NCBI GenBank assembly: GCA_964573405.1
Contig: CAZNJK010000004.1
Coordinates: 22-64,021, forward strand
DNA: 64,000 bases
DNA from: an uncultured Christensenella sp.
GTDB taxonomy: Bacteria; Bacillota; Clostridia; Christensenellales; UBA1242
Direction: 5' to 3'
Shown here: piece after piece, positions 43,701 to 49,515 of the stretch
Position numbering within the stretch: the stretch's first letter is position 1
Layout: every line of letters starts with the position of its first letter
Made by a program: the position numbers and the translations under genes
Notes under the pieces: generated by a model
Database searches by the model: none
Told to the model about the DNA's origin: nothing
The model's input: the letters and a program-made list of their open reading frames with translations, nothing else

Positions 43701-46700
43701 ATTTTCCCATTTTCGGGTGATGACCATAGTCACATAATCATCGGCATTAGCAAGATAATACTTCTTATTATCACTTGTTGAGATTGTTTCAATTCCACTA
43801 ATAGCAATAGACTCATCTGTAGGATTGCCAAATTTTTGCTCAATGTTCGTAGGTGCTGTGATTATGTTGTTGGATTTTAAATATCCAGTTTTGTCGTTTT
43901 TGACAATCAAGATTTTTGCATTCACATAAGAGTCCGCCAATGTTGTTGCTGTAGTCGAGCCTACTATTCCGCCAATATTTAACCTAGAAGAATCTGATTC
44001 AAATGACACCAAATGCGAATTAAAGTTGGAATTGGTAGCATTAATTACGCCATTTCCTAGAAGCCCACCAATGTTACTACTTCCACTTAGAGCAATAATT
44101 CCGCCATAATATTGATTTTTATATGATGTATAGAATGCTAAATTATTGCCACTCCAAATATTTATAGTCTTGGAAATATATGATCTTACATATACATAAT
44201 CTAGGGTAACATCGTCCGCATTCCCCACTATTCCGCCAATGCTCCCCACACCAGCGATTACATTTTTCATATTTATATTGTAAAGTAGTTGTGTTTGTGA
44301 ATAAGCAATCTTAGAAGAACCACTTACATTTCCCACTATTCCACCGATGTTGCCATAGCCTACTAGGATAGGATAAGAGATAACATTTATTATTACTGTA
44401 GAGCCTTCAGCATTGCCCACAACTCCACCAATATTTGCTTTAGCATAATCGGTCTCTTTCGTTGTTTCGGAATCTATCTTTTTAGCGACGATTGTTGCCA
44501 CTGCACGCAAGTTGTCCAATGTAACCCCGCTAGCATATCCTACAATTCCACCCAAGTTTGATGATGTTTCATTTTCTGTTGAATAATTAATATTTACAGT
44601 CGAACTAATATCGCTATTGTTTATCGACACTTCACTTGGGATTTCCGATATTGACCCACCAGTATACGAACCAACAATTCCGCCTATGTTGTATGATTTA
44701 TTGCCTTTGTTTGTGAAATTGATAATTCCATATACTCTACATCCATACACTTGACCAGTGGCTAGACTGCCCACTAGGATAGCGACATTATTAAGGCTTG
44801 CAGAGTTTGTTTCTATTGTTATTTCAGCATTTTCCACCGACACATTGCTCAACACAACTCCCTCATTAAGGTTAGAGAACAATGCGACATCTTTTGAAAC
44901 ATCCCCGCTTAAAGAAATCTTTAGGTTGTATATGGAGTGTCTATTGCCATTGTATAACCCGCTAAGGTTGTGAAGTAATGTATTGCCTATTATACTAAAA
45001 TTCGAATAAACTTTATTTAGATAAATGTCTTTAGAAATTACATAATATTCCTTTTCAAAAGTAGGTTCAGAAGGGTCATCGGTTGCATTTTTAAGCATAA
45101 ACTCTTCAAAATCTAGAACACCCATCAATTGATATGGATTTGCACTTGTTCCATCTGCGATGTTGAAGTCAAATGTAGAACCTGTCAATCCCACACCAAC
45201 TGATGCAACCGATGCAATAGTAACTTTATACGAACCCGCATCACATTTCTCGCTGGCGGTGATGGTCATATATCCATTTTTCGATATGTTTACTACAAAG
45301 TATCCACCACTCAAACGCCATTCATTTTCCGATTTTACATCGTCGCCTAGGAATGTATCCACATTAAATCCATTAGCATAATACTTATATAATGCCCCTT
45401 CGCTATCAGCCCCAGCATATACTAGCAGTGGCATTGTTTTTTCAAGAGTCGTTCCGTTGTATTTTTCAACAATAACATATACATCATTCAACTGTGCGTT
45501 TGATGGATAGTAGTTGTATTTTAGTTGATATTTTTTATCAGCAGAATCCAATTTAAAATATATTCCCGGGTCAAAAACATTGGTTGTGATTGATTTAATT
45601 TTAGTAGGTCTAGAGATTGAGAAGTCAAATTCTACTGGGAATTGTTGTGTGAATTGTTCAAGTATTCCGCTATATGAAACTTTTTGAACTTTCCCGGATG
45701 AATATGCATTAGCAATTAAGTCTTCTATTCCAGAGCCTGAGCATTGTGCTATAAACTTATATGGATCATAATCGCTTGATGTTTCATCTTCATAAGTAGT
45801 TATTAAATTGCTCTTTGCTAATGCTCCATAAACTATGCTATCGCCATATAGCATTTGTGCAGAGAAGTACAAGTTGCCATATTGACCGCATAAGCCATCT
45901 GAAATTATATCTGTAATTTTGTAGCCGGTAGTAGATATCTGAACTCTACCGTCTTTTTCAATAATCGGATATATTGTTAACTCTATCTCGGCTGTTGCTT
46001 TGCTACTATATACTTCATTCAAATAGCCATCAGTAGCATCGTACAAGTCAAAGTGCTTTTGAGTTATGGTTATTTTACCTATTCTATGGCAGACATATAT
46101 ATTAATTCCAAAAATCTCTGAGCCATCTACATTGTCGTAAATTTTAAGTTTGAAAGGCTCGTGTTTTTCTGTGATTTCATTCCAAGAAGTATTTTCGCCA
46201 ACCCTTAATATCCCGTCAGCCCAAGTGATGTTCGCGGTTTGATTACCTTCATTATCATAACACTTAGCGGTCAATTTATTTACATTTACTTTACCTATTT
46301 GTCCCCTACCCTTATCGTCTTTATATACAAACAATTTGTACAATTCAAGGCTTAGTTCGGAGTAGGTAGATAAAATTAAACTACTGCCATTAGGATAACT
46401 AACATTGCCGAAGCCGGTGTCATATTCTTTTATTGAGTTGGTTGATGACGCTCTATAATAATTACTTCCATCTACAAACTCGTCGGTATATGTCGCACCT
46501 TCTTTTATACTACCCCACGAGAAGAATCCGTCGCTCTCGGTATCGATATTTGTAACAACAACTGGTTTTCCATTATAAGAAACTTCTTTATTTTCAGCAT
46601 AACTTGCCTTTATTGTAATTCTTGTTACTCCGTCGCTAGAGGTCTTTGAAATAACACCATTATTAAGCCTTATGGTAATTGATGTCATTCCTTCGTTTAT

Positions 46701-48482
46701 GGTGGTATCGCCCACGGTATATGGGTGTGGATAAATCACAATATTGTTGTCAATAAGTTCGTATGTAAATAGGCTAGAATTTCCTATGCTTATGCTTTCC
46801 ACAACACTGCTTGCAAGTACACCTTCAGGCAATGTATAGGTCTCATAAGTATCGCCGATTTTCTTCGCTAGTACTACACCCGCTTTATCATTTTCAACAT
46901 CTACTTCCATATCGTCTATGATAAGTTCGTTAAGCCCAGTGATTAGGTTGATTTTAATTGTAATGTCCATACTATATTGTTGGACTTCTGAATAGTGTTC
47001 GTTGTATATATTTACGGTCAATGTAACTCTCAAGTCAACCAATGCTTTGTCTTTTGTACAGTTTTTAAAATACAAAACATCTCCACTAGTAAGAGTAGCG
47101 TCCTTTTCGATTAACTCATTGCCTTTCTTAACTTCTATGTAAGAAGCACCCGCAATATCTGAGTTAATATCAAACGAACCGGCACTTTCAGCCAATTTAA
47201 ATGTCATTTCTTTATTGTTGGAACTTTCTATAATCATTTCACTAGAAATGCCATCATACACCGCAAATGTTTTTGCTTGCGAATAAGGGGTACCATTAAT
47301 TAAAACTGTTTGGCTTGTAGGAAGTGCAACAATCTTAACTCTCACCTTTATGAATTTTGTTTGCAATCCATCATAGTCGCCTTTCCCTTTGTATATGACT
47401 TTAAATTGAACAACATCTTCTTTTTCGTCACTTTCCTTTGCCATAAAGTTAAAAGACTTTGTGTATGTTTTGCTTATAATTTCACTTCCTAAATCATTAA
47501 CATCTACAACAGTCGATTGTCCGCCGTCTAATACGATTTCATAATCGGTACGACGAGATAGGCCGAATTTTAAATTACCGCCAAATACATCTCTACTTGC
47601 ACTATGTTCGCCTTCGGGACTTGCAAATACTAGGTCATAATAAGCGACATTTGTGCCCGACATACTGCTAGTTTGTGTTATTGTTATGCTTTTTGATTCT
47701 GCCAAACCTTCTGGAATAAGTGTCGCATCAATGACATTAGACGACATATCTAGTAATTTCACAATAGTTACTTTAAGGGTGTTGCTGGTTTTTAATTCTG
47801 TATTCTCTAGGCTGGCTACAGATTGGGCTTTAATCTTGACTGTTCCCGTTCCAGAATAACCGCTTCCTACTTTCAAAATATTATCTTCAATAATGCAATA
47901 ATTATTTTTTGTAGCATCAACCTTTTCTACTTCGCCTTCAACGATTGTATATTTTACCGCTCTTTGACTAGTGTAAGATGGCTTGAAGTCAATAAGCGAA
48001 TCACGATAGGTATTTAGGTTGTACTCCGTACCAGCCTCAACAACAATTCCGGTATTTGAAGCCTCGCTAGTGAAATCTAGAGATTCAATCTTAACTTCTA
48101 TATTTACACGAATCGTCTGCGATACATAGCCCTCTTTTGATTTGATTTGAATCTCGGAATTGCCAACTTGCAATGCGGTAAATTTCAAGGAGTAATTTCC
48201 GTCACCATCGGTAGATGCAATTTCCACATCAACACACTCATTGCCGTACCTTGAGCCGTACTTTGGAAGCACAATGCCTTTATCGATGTTTTTAGGAGCA
48301 TCGACAGACACATTGACCAGTGTACTGCTACCCACAATCTCATTGTCGGCGTCAGTAAGCGTAAGGACAATATCGTTAGTATTGACCGTCATTTTCATCT
48401 TGGAATATGGGTCTTTATTACAAGCGGTAAAACCTAAAACTGCAAATATTAACACAAAAATTATACCGATTCGTTTTTTCAT
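28794..48482 (-). CDS. Giant (6,562 aa) predicted surface lipoprotein, paralogous in architecture to ORF 1: lipobox, Ig-like segments, several GLUG-type and a second 'NxGxI' type beta-helix region, unique C-terminal domain
   Basis: The frame is uninterrupted for 19,689 nt. The N-terminus MKKRIGIIFVLIFAVLGFTAC carries a lipobox Cys. A Big_2-like stretch is present: ESLDFTSEASNTGIVVEAGTEYNLNTYRDSLIDFKPSYTSQRAVKYTI. Cap motifs occur near 45121-45145/44905-44962 (NPYQLMGV...GLYNGNRHSIYNLKISL), 39013-39085 (AWKPMDFNSTYLDGNGYTIILKSF), ~37190-37245 and ~31620-31700. Many IGGIVG/LGGIVG coils follow. It has its own promoter and terminator. Confidence 0.9.
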   Translation of the reverse strand: MKKRIGIIFVLIFAVLGFTACNKDPYSKMKMTVNTNDIVLTLTDADNEIVGSSTLVNVSVDAPKNIDKGIVLPKYGSRYGNECVDVEIASTDGDGNYSLKFTALQVGNSEIQIKSKEGYVSQTIRVNIEVKIESLDFTSEASNTGIVVEAGTEYNLNTYRDSLIDFKPSYTSQRAVKYTIVEGEVEKVDATKNNYCIIEDNILKVGSGYSGTGTVKIKAQSVASLENTELKTSNTLKVTIVKLLDMSSNVIDATLIPEGLAESKSITITQTSSMSGTNVAYYDLVFASPEGEHSASRDVFGGNLKFGLSRRTDYEIVLDGGQSTVVDVNDLGSEIISKTYTKSFNFMAKESDEKEDVVQFKVIYKGKGDYDGLQTKFIKVRVKIVALPTSQTVLINGTPYSQAKTFAVYDGISSEMIIESSNNKEMTFKLAESAGSFDINSDIAGASYIEVKKGNELIEKDATLTSGDVLYFKNCTKDKALVDLRVTLTVNIYNEHYSEVQQYSMDITIKINLITGLNELIIDDMEVDVENDKAGVVLAKKIGDTYETYTLPEGVLASSVVESISIGNSSLFTYELIDNNIVIYPHPYTVGDTTINEGMTSITIRLNNGVISKTSSDGVTRITIKASYAENKEVSYNGKPVVVTNIDTESDGFFSWGSIKEGATYTDEFVDGSNYYRASSTNSIKEYDTGFGNVSYPNGSSLILSTYSELSLELYKLFVYKDDKGRGQIGKVNVNKLTAKCYDNEGNQTANITWADGILRVGENTSWNEITEKHEPFKLKIYDNVDGSEIFGINIYVCHRIGKITITQKHFDLYDATDGYLNEVYSSKATAEIELTIYPIIEKDGRVQISTTGYKITDIISDGLCGQYGNLYFSAQMLYGDSIVYGALAKSNLITTYEDETSSDYDPYKFIAQCSGSGIEDLIANAYSSGKVQKVSYSGILEQFTQQFPVEFDFSISRPTKIKSITTNVFDPGIYFKLDSADKKYQLKYNYYPSNAQLNDVYVIVEKYNGTTLEKTMPLLVYAGADSEGALYKYYANGFNVDTFLGDDVKSENEWRLSGGYFVVNISKNGYMTITASEKCDAGSYKVTIASVASVGVGLTGSTFDFNIADGTSANPYQLMGVLDFEEFMLKNATDDPSEPTFEKEYYVISKDIYLNKVYSNFSIIGNTLLHNLSGLYNGNRHSIYNLKISLSGDVSKDVALFSNLNEGVVLSNVSVENAEITIETNSASLNNVAILVGSLATGQVYGCRVYGIINFTNKGNKSYNIGGIVGSYTGGSISEIPSEVSINNSDISSTVNINYSTENETSSNLGGIVGYASGVTLDNLRAVATIVAKKIDSETTKETDYAKANIGGVVGNAEGSTVIINVISYPILVGYGNIGGIVGNVSGSSKIAYSQTQLLYNINMKNVIAGVGSIGGIVGNADDVTLDYVYVRSYISKTINIWSGNNLAFYTSYKNQYYGGIIALSGSSNIGGLLGNGVINATNSNFNSHLVSFESDSSRLNIGGIVGSTTATTLADSYVNAKILIVKNDKTGYLKSNNIITAPTNIEQKFGNPTDESIAISGIETISTSDNKKYYLANADDYVTMVITRKWENAVVTYTAHYTSLNLTRFYSFTNNNMFGIDTNKETAIPSTTYSYKTYSDKLEKITLVIYRTSDNKLRMLGKKEVLENTSNGQEYKEYLMSSDKDLENDITTLSDDVKEQLLGLGLSSVNYSSGASNFATIGNSINDKTYKLEYSAKYLESIDITTSSHTTLSSESTLDDIKNYLTNFSSSMSSSSGDIIARISQQCSTEQLGKTNNNNLTLVKEYAGTTVAYKADSGDFDVVFVTTFDGLDGLTVKTGAVSGSFNTTTEVANYSAKNYILNVPSAVKKIDASESSETDGYTDYNINGTIYLLGPVSIIVEDYNNTFTYDDETKEYITADEKYKVDVENGKVYNQDGTEASGKCFINQQLEVASRDVELNTDNFKNLYSKTNSKDVFDGFNFVNSESKDVLTNDTFTITILGTTITIESFDVSTSTATGYIEALKTKINEAYSTETGNALVDAYLYIKNNQLYVLSKDYSDYTIDKITLKYKENYVDADGNFVYEKVVDSDGNPVYEKEADGSNKLDSDGNPIQATTIVQVEKLYTYNVIGRATISFTDDSLAKWVIDGNVNSGLPTNVFANSNGCYGDTTNTPALSPNNFETNYKLYYDELINLSVKALDFKQNTTSNDYISEDTLNPHGHIKVNDTTIALMYSKPLDNNNVNKANDYYITYGEEGGVYVAQLDGEQITLDYVEVSSDLSLYITSSDTGVVTIERDGDNKFKLTTQGEGVAEINFYNMKDDSIKATLTIYVIKGFTNFTINSETNSTQNIDLLVGAEESTDAVFSFINEIDGRNYEANKGGFKLTVTKIDEKDNGFWGGNYSSIIINRQTINTELFKNDSKEFNFDGSVLNFVAVNRGSVGTMTFKVMPYVIIGGEKVYIESLNKTLEININTKAENIAFMETSSEQLPEEEKAVTVTFYSNDADETLWIKITGTDLSAEVSHNIGVTNYQVGDIVDVSTSLLRYRVKGIEHKLENINGVSLYKHSFTLAFYMNSKIYQERTESTGYNAIANSVSYRIVAYPQSHCNSLGTPSSDAINSTYSLTINPVKATRLGAKFYPYLSTYDRWENVSSNVNDIVGYSLNQIYDINSLPVGEYGLLKIETNPKYNNTLILQVQFDSKYTGMVNFRQIIPSKASKDVLNTYGFFKTLKNTSLGDNINVNNTFVLWETPYYEEYSGASGGDPYKEWYFNEYYVALHLSSNCPENVIIPITISAFDANRNKILSYTINLKTEAIPHASITIDGSSSVIKGVDEYVPLEISAKNYGTLTLTGSEIYTRDSNGTYTEVTNINTSYNNNTQYYIHTYSDGSLYKNYIGEITLKLTATNTINGQKISATSKVTVQVVWLLLESVVEPDVISGTITLKTGMYKGLHTSMSTNKSTAEIEEIVANMATNREDINGLTLSEYLQSIQNQIAGRGSGNDTIHWYYNLGSGYTLLREMSYNIFTFSRYDGADEPYYRISAIQISTVQFKLGFYYTYNSDGCIVIGSSEAELKSLLGSDNIKIFAYDYEFKIEIKDNSNEDHPIPIYTAEDLRAMEKDANYILQSDITLNAWKPMDFNSTYLDGNGYTIILKSFDMSDLKGKEEAYAGIFKTVAEGSILKNLTIDVSNLLYNDTTLSSVKNDKTTPNIDLRETPTVYFGIVAGENLGTIINAKVVNLNSRNSGNTLYVAVTRNYFSYDEDKIMSQGNIGGLVAINSGTITNSYIGVNSNSKVERTERKNDGSNDCTNIYSTVNPFKIESCNNVGGFVWSNSGVITNSYIKGISIVNDARVSDNSSTAGFVINNSGRIYSSAVTTNSIKEFRSEDTVITSSSITGGFAYSNSGTIEDAYTNIQINNQNVETAGFVYSNANGNIKNSYTTSKNTKIEAGLGNTDSHKMFVYDKTSYGTIENCYYLIYGDELGDNIKSDDVEILKSLDPANAIILGASGTAEKSLFDGFNFASRKNDFDGVWYFGTGETFPELAYAENVDYYSARSLVNISKTYFELDTTSTDLGVVVYQNDGGRRKELDSKNSLEEKTNVWYFGDGNYLFEVVGNIITEVNSSTKMETTLHIGTTENDSYIEFEYKSKTYKWYYNDTGSGFKVDIDSTIHHIKNLSFNYLGFEFITIVDKYQVATGSTTYSEKYSMVTNDGFSIVTLSEEPGTSKKTFSYGGNSTYTYTYVKNNLGTKYNPIIVTNPLEFAKNIVNNTNEYLVDDNGTTKRLYVFGLTENDGDGAYARYIHVANNISFQNDGTDDNNTADINIASKYEVNNSTAKITINDVIFNGVLIGNSMAIDNIVLNSTETRENYGIFNEVGVNDYNRLLLSKSGINLSDMATAQVFNIELNYKELSNSDANKVGLLAGTISNAVVNKVDISGVNSSSTNYKIQGKNLTGALAGYIYGYNGSTKISEITVNNVSVISSTNKLNNLEQDKLPTDQSYTKFKASKTSIGQEDTYSVTLNMEWKEGRHIVYSNITNLNDLSYAGSIAGAIVMDTVIAQTGTTTVTAPGGDPATSSEAMIYNKYLSNIDNYYSYNELRKSVEYEYVSDLQVSGMVNIQSDISGGIAGYMGTGGEEPTIDITTTTTTTTTTTKSNTRSFASNLKFVLDDDVDQFIFGYAYAGGIVGQSQNAYFREVNVAHLEEVQNEIDKKINNEKFTSSDVSSERLFWKGAGDTDSKIEAKHNVAIGGIVGNMHSSWIVDSSSKANVENSNSFIAGGIAGRVTGSNYLAFVYTIGNVLGKNIVGGVVGYYYNTASDYNLNLYNVFGVNIWSSSIKDLLSVNEKAYKYTYTGTSGTAETLTPSANPDAFEQIGEFNSMPELGNQQVAKTVTLGAIFKEGSDTDKKDYSEKRITIKIDPNFSGFASYERFTYIGSVVGRYTKNGAGKTETMSQITFYDDMGAISSGDELEDIVGRTNIVASDDGATTEEYYTYYNSKNFNVISSTYGNVKHEGSIAEGNYLSTIKDDKVYLSHFTTVYDATENSEKYDNHSYENFNPMFGNQYYVSYITGDFFINIDTSENYGNKYYRNEFTTYYGYVYKIEKGDSYSNPTYAGSPVPINDGIYLTDIYLNVVKAGTESLGNRLTEDGVKASFVWYVEAEYYLAKYGYNSNSTLIQIDSNDTLDTVLLSGKSDMMYRFVENKGATGTDEYEFTSTVNGQNRITLTNNTYYASSDHPVIINFTIDSSTGYSNLFNLIMGCSFTNITFNITITNATLSTSNADNYYGSFASVIQSSSFNNCHFVVTAPTSITPQTMTGNDDGVTSFGLIMGLASNSTFVGCTFNVGSSDPTSSNITVNDNGNLINFGAVASYVFQSVFVMPTTPLNINVRKVTLTGVNQNDLYTHNFGRVFGHVHNSTLNNVKDCDDFIYNNFTVNATKIGAGNYNLGSFAGKIQGTSNLGTIDIQSTYNYNISAGSGLVNAGTIGYTDGISMGDENEETSIRSSYNRITTVTNANVGIIGLAEGDRLESSFTNINIDSIGIKATFKGTTTSHNVGGFIGRKTSTAGLKLLKCVIDCPVKVDVAYNAISASAETTSSKSTTYVGGFVGMSAGLTIVQSVTLRDLTVTAVGTDGNGQAEFNNKIVMGGAIGYNSSSKVTLTNVITYGDMNYYVNANSSKNFRAGGFVGDLNNKTLEATYALALGNFINKFTYSAGVNYSQVNGIANNYNKLTLTHTHYIAEHSPKTAFDSTLNALMRTSDDDDSVAWMYYNFVNKTGKLENVGDCLVDLGTSGVVQPKVGGLTYSTLYGSKYNPTKLGEGSGLSGTIDSGEYYIISGSSENMAKLDGDLTIKSGAVLTSADQTGQGAILNLQGHTISNNGTISNIIFNVPAQSYTGAYVLSTNNGYLMNVGISGSGSSGSSYTFSGTSAPIGTNNGGIYAVGSLISATGITVGTNAISFLTGTNNGEIINCYSTNDLQGSTSQSAVNFGAMAYKNNGTISRSYFAGQLKLTSISTTYELKTANSNMAYVNTIDVGTISKVASYSSSKSPAGTANSRVAITSLVSENGYLKNNLWTDSRGGVNSKFPYITNGILLTKNYGDGYEITTVEELNDWIDANESVGTGKTIIINISNPTENVRAVEGHIKENNGTIQIQNFSNNNNVIINEKFIETNNGKIEIGLMSNLMIRGWFVYENKGTITSTASSSNVNFFVDSENSSNLGGFVCSNGTSGSTGATSEFSTSRNVIFGEDTFVVKNNTNNSTATMTLNGVTFGRTGGFAENNEVGSTIDLTLSSTTKMSTNKGNLKLSGISGSSTELTITNNAGKITSNSSISGGKLKIVNHGKIDGETLTYNAELTGLSLVGSAELKIDTIYSGSTVGINTINSSTFTVTTNQGTIKGESAGEILNINNNGTMIVTNNEGTIGNIASNCNLSSSIVENNTNTIGNISFTGGSITCPVVKKNAGTISSINLSGGSISSSVISENSAGGSVGITFSSISTMSNWVVPTNSGSVSFTSTTYCRFEQGIIENNSGSVTGISISGGSLGQPAIGGINTGTISGSCTFSGVSLSSSNNYVGLLFAESTGKLGSINVSIVNCQITVSSGTSVVGMIGGIYTHSGGSNLTVDIDNSSSITVNSTIKAVGGAFGFINGDGTLIIKEESTKQFAPQIINATTGSTYSATDGVGGVVGVISNSAASSLDVTITGAFTPTISIKDTGQMIGGIVGQARCTTLGLKLGSYANITTNSGRNCKYEYIGGIVGYCTPIDIIGDPRGSTAFNGTMTLNGSINSAGGIFGYVKVTEFSDIEFELGQDATISGDGVQPAWKDGSGNVIETEKLDGIYDIGNYYNSYSYDSCYSAEKLFPDKTFDISGGLTNNSSGNFVEARNYVVSQKYSMGAIAGSAHEDTIRKIKNYINSGNVDEWPSLFNIKAVEIIYERISYDKGGSEHEDSMVRLTARTYSMLVIVGTCPGVVTQSQKIGNTTNKNVGDYTKLSYNNFTTLQQWQGSFTNCCINIKCNQENANIISTNNKNRINNQVYAAGIGDDSFATPYKLLTGRSDGKLTGFYIQIP
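36030..36062 (-). repeat. Poly-threonine run (11 consecutive Thr codons, mixed ACN)
   Basis: The minus strand encodes ...GGEEPTIDITTTTTTTTTTTKSNT. The codons are ACG ACT ACA ACA ACA ACT ACT ACA ACG ACT ACG, with phase checked against the start at 48482. Confidence 0.9.
42134..42250 (-). repeat. Short acidic D-x-DGN-x-[VI] repeats (about four copies)
   Basis: Encodes VDADGNFVYEKVVDSDGNPVYEKEADGSNKLDSDGNPIQAT. Confidence 0.7.
48420..48482 (-). other. Lipoprotein signal peptide of giant ORF 2 (lipobox F-T-A-C, Cys21)
   Basis: MKKR (basic), IGIIFVLIFAVLG (hydrophobic), FTAC then NKDPY. Confidence 0.8.
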
Positions 48483-48593
48483 TTTCCTAAATCTACCCCG
48501 TTAATTTATTATTTTTGTTTTCGTGATATTTTATAACCAAAAACCAATTATAATTTATATTTTAAATTATATTTAAGTATTTTCACTAAATAT

Positions 48594-48622
48594 ATTATAT
48601 AAATTAATAACATCTTAGTCAA
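48594..48622 (-). promoter_or_regulatory. Sigma-A-type promoter for giant ORF 2: TTGACT-N17-TATAAT
   Basis: Minus strand reads tatTTGACTaagatgttattaatttaTATAATata. The -35 is at 48617-48622 and the -10 at 48594-48599, with a 17-nt spacer. It is ~110 nt upstream of the ATG at 48482. Confidence 0.55.
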
Positions 48623-48701
48623 ATAAATAAGTGTAAATTTCGACACTTTTTGCAATAAAAATCGAAATCCAAAATTGTTTAAATTAAGTTCAAAAAAGGC
48701 A

Positions 48702-48730
48702 TTGCCGAACAGTAAAAATTATGATACAAT
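48702..48730 (+). promoter_or_regulatory. Divergent promoter for the ttcA-like gene: TTGCCG-N17-TACAAT with extended -10 TG
   Basis: Plus strand reads aTTGCCGaacagtaaaaattaTGaTACAATc, with a 17-nt spacer. It is followed by AGGAG (48742-48746) and the ATG at 48754. Confidence 0.45.
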
Positions 48731-48753
48731 CATTAACAATTAGGAGCAAAAAA

Positions 48754-49503
48754 ATGATAAATAGCAAGCAAAAGATATTGTCGTCACTTAGACGAGCAAT
48801 AGATGGGTACAATTTAATAAATGACGGCGACAGGATTGCCGTAGGAGTTTCGGGCGGAAAGGATAGCCTTGTATTGCTTGAAGCACTCTTCAACTACTCG
48901 AAATTCGCACCATATTCTTTTTCCGTTGTGGGGATCACCATAGACACTTTCCCCAACACCGATTTTAGTAATGTGGAAGAATTTTGCAAGGCCCGTGGCA
49001 TTGAATACAAAATTGTAAAAAGCGACATATATAAGATAGTTTTTGAAGAACGACAAGAGAAAAACCCTTGTAGTCTTTGTAGTAAATTGCGACGGGGAAT
49101 GCTTAACACTACCGCACTGGAATTAGGATGCAATAAGTTGGCACTAGGCCACTCAATGGACGATGTGGTGCACACATATTTGCTAAGTATGTGCTACGAA
49201 GGGCGAATAAGTACGCTAGCACCGATGTCGTATCTTGACCGAACCGGGATGACCGTCATAAGACCGCTATATCTGACCGACGAACGAGATATAATCTCCG
49301 CTAGCCACGACTTGCCAATTGTAAAGAGCAACTGCCCAGCCGATAAACATACAAAACGCGAATATGTAAAGAGCATTGTGAAATTTATTCAGCAAGAAAT
49401 TCCTTGCGTAAAAGACCGAATTTTTGGCGCAATAACCCACCCCGAGAGAGTTAATTTGCCACCGGAATTAATAATTAGAGACATCAAAAAAGACGACAAT
49501 TAA
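48754..49503 (+). CDS. ttcA: PP-loop ATPase, TtcA-family tRNA 2-thiocytidine synthetase-like
   Basis: PP-loop motif VGVSGGKDSLVLLEAL and the TtcA-type block NPCSLCSKLRRGML, with a further Cys in NCPADKH. I moved the start to the ATG at 48754 because AGGAG sits 7 nt upstream; the track start at 48721 has no RBS. Confidence 0.8.
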   Translation: MINSKQKILSSLRRAIDGYNLINDGDRIAVGVSGGKDSLVLLEALFNYSKFAPYSFSVVGITIDTFPNTDFSNVEEFCKARGIEYKIVKSDIYKIVFEERQEKNPCSLCSKLRRGMLNTTALELGCNKLALGHSMDDVVHTYLLSMCYEGRISTLAPMSYLDRTGMTVIRPLYLTDERDIISASHDLPIVKSNCPADKHTKREYVKSIVKFIQQEIPCVKDRIFGAITHPERVNLPPELIIRDIKKDDN

Positions 49504-49515
49504 AGCCGTCTTTTT
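49485..49515. terminator. Putative shared terminator between convergent ttcA-like and spoIIID genes
   Basis: AAAAAAGACGAC / GCCGTCTTTTT imperfect stem (one mismatch) around the loop AATTAAA. T-runs occur on both strands. It overlaps the ends of both coding regions. Confidence 0.4.

Noticed and set aside
3422-48482. Catalytic or anchoring domains in the giant proteins (HExxH metalloprotease as in GLUG-containing Zmp/IgA1 proteases, LPXTG sortase signal, SLH or choline-binding repeats)
   Set aside because: Reading both translations I found no H-E-x-x-H (only near-misses such as EHTGH and SAHEDT), no LPxTG followed by a hydrophobic tail, and no SLH or choline-binding periodicity. This is a by-eye scan only, and a profile search could still find divergent domains.
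3422-48482. Giant ORFs as pseudogenes or assembly chimeras of collapsed repeats
   Set aside because: Both frames are intact end to end, with proper signal peptides, promoters, stops and terminators. Repeat copies differ in codon usage rather than being identical. Only long reads can formally exclude misassembly.
3980-48504. Dozens of 60-170-aa plus-strand ORFs in the track inside the giant genes (e.g. 14919-15386, 31039-31545, 10649-11050) and short minus-strand off-frame ORFs
   Set aside because: They are antisense or off-frame shadows of the giant reading frames. Their translations are low-complexity (P/L/V/S-rich mirror images of the G/N/T/S-rich sense protein), and they lack RBSs and recognisable motifs.
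2865-48753. Genomic island, prophage or transposon origin for the 45-kb block
   Set aside because: The window has no integrase, transposase, recombinase, tRNA attachment site or flanking direct or inverted repeats. The promoters and RBS style match the housekeeping genes. Composition was not computed, so foreign origin cannot be excluded, but nothing supports it.
48690-49376. Minus-strand ORFs (60-93 aa) overlapping the ttcA-like gene
   Set aside because: They are antisense to a gene with clear PP-loop and CxxC motifs, and they have no motifs or RBSs of their own.
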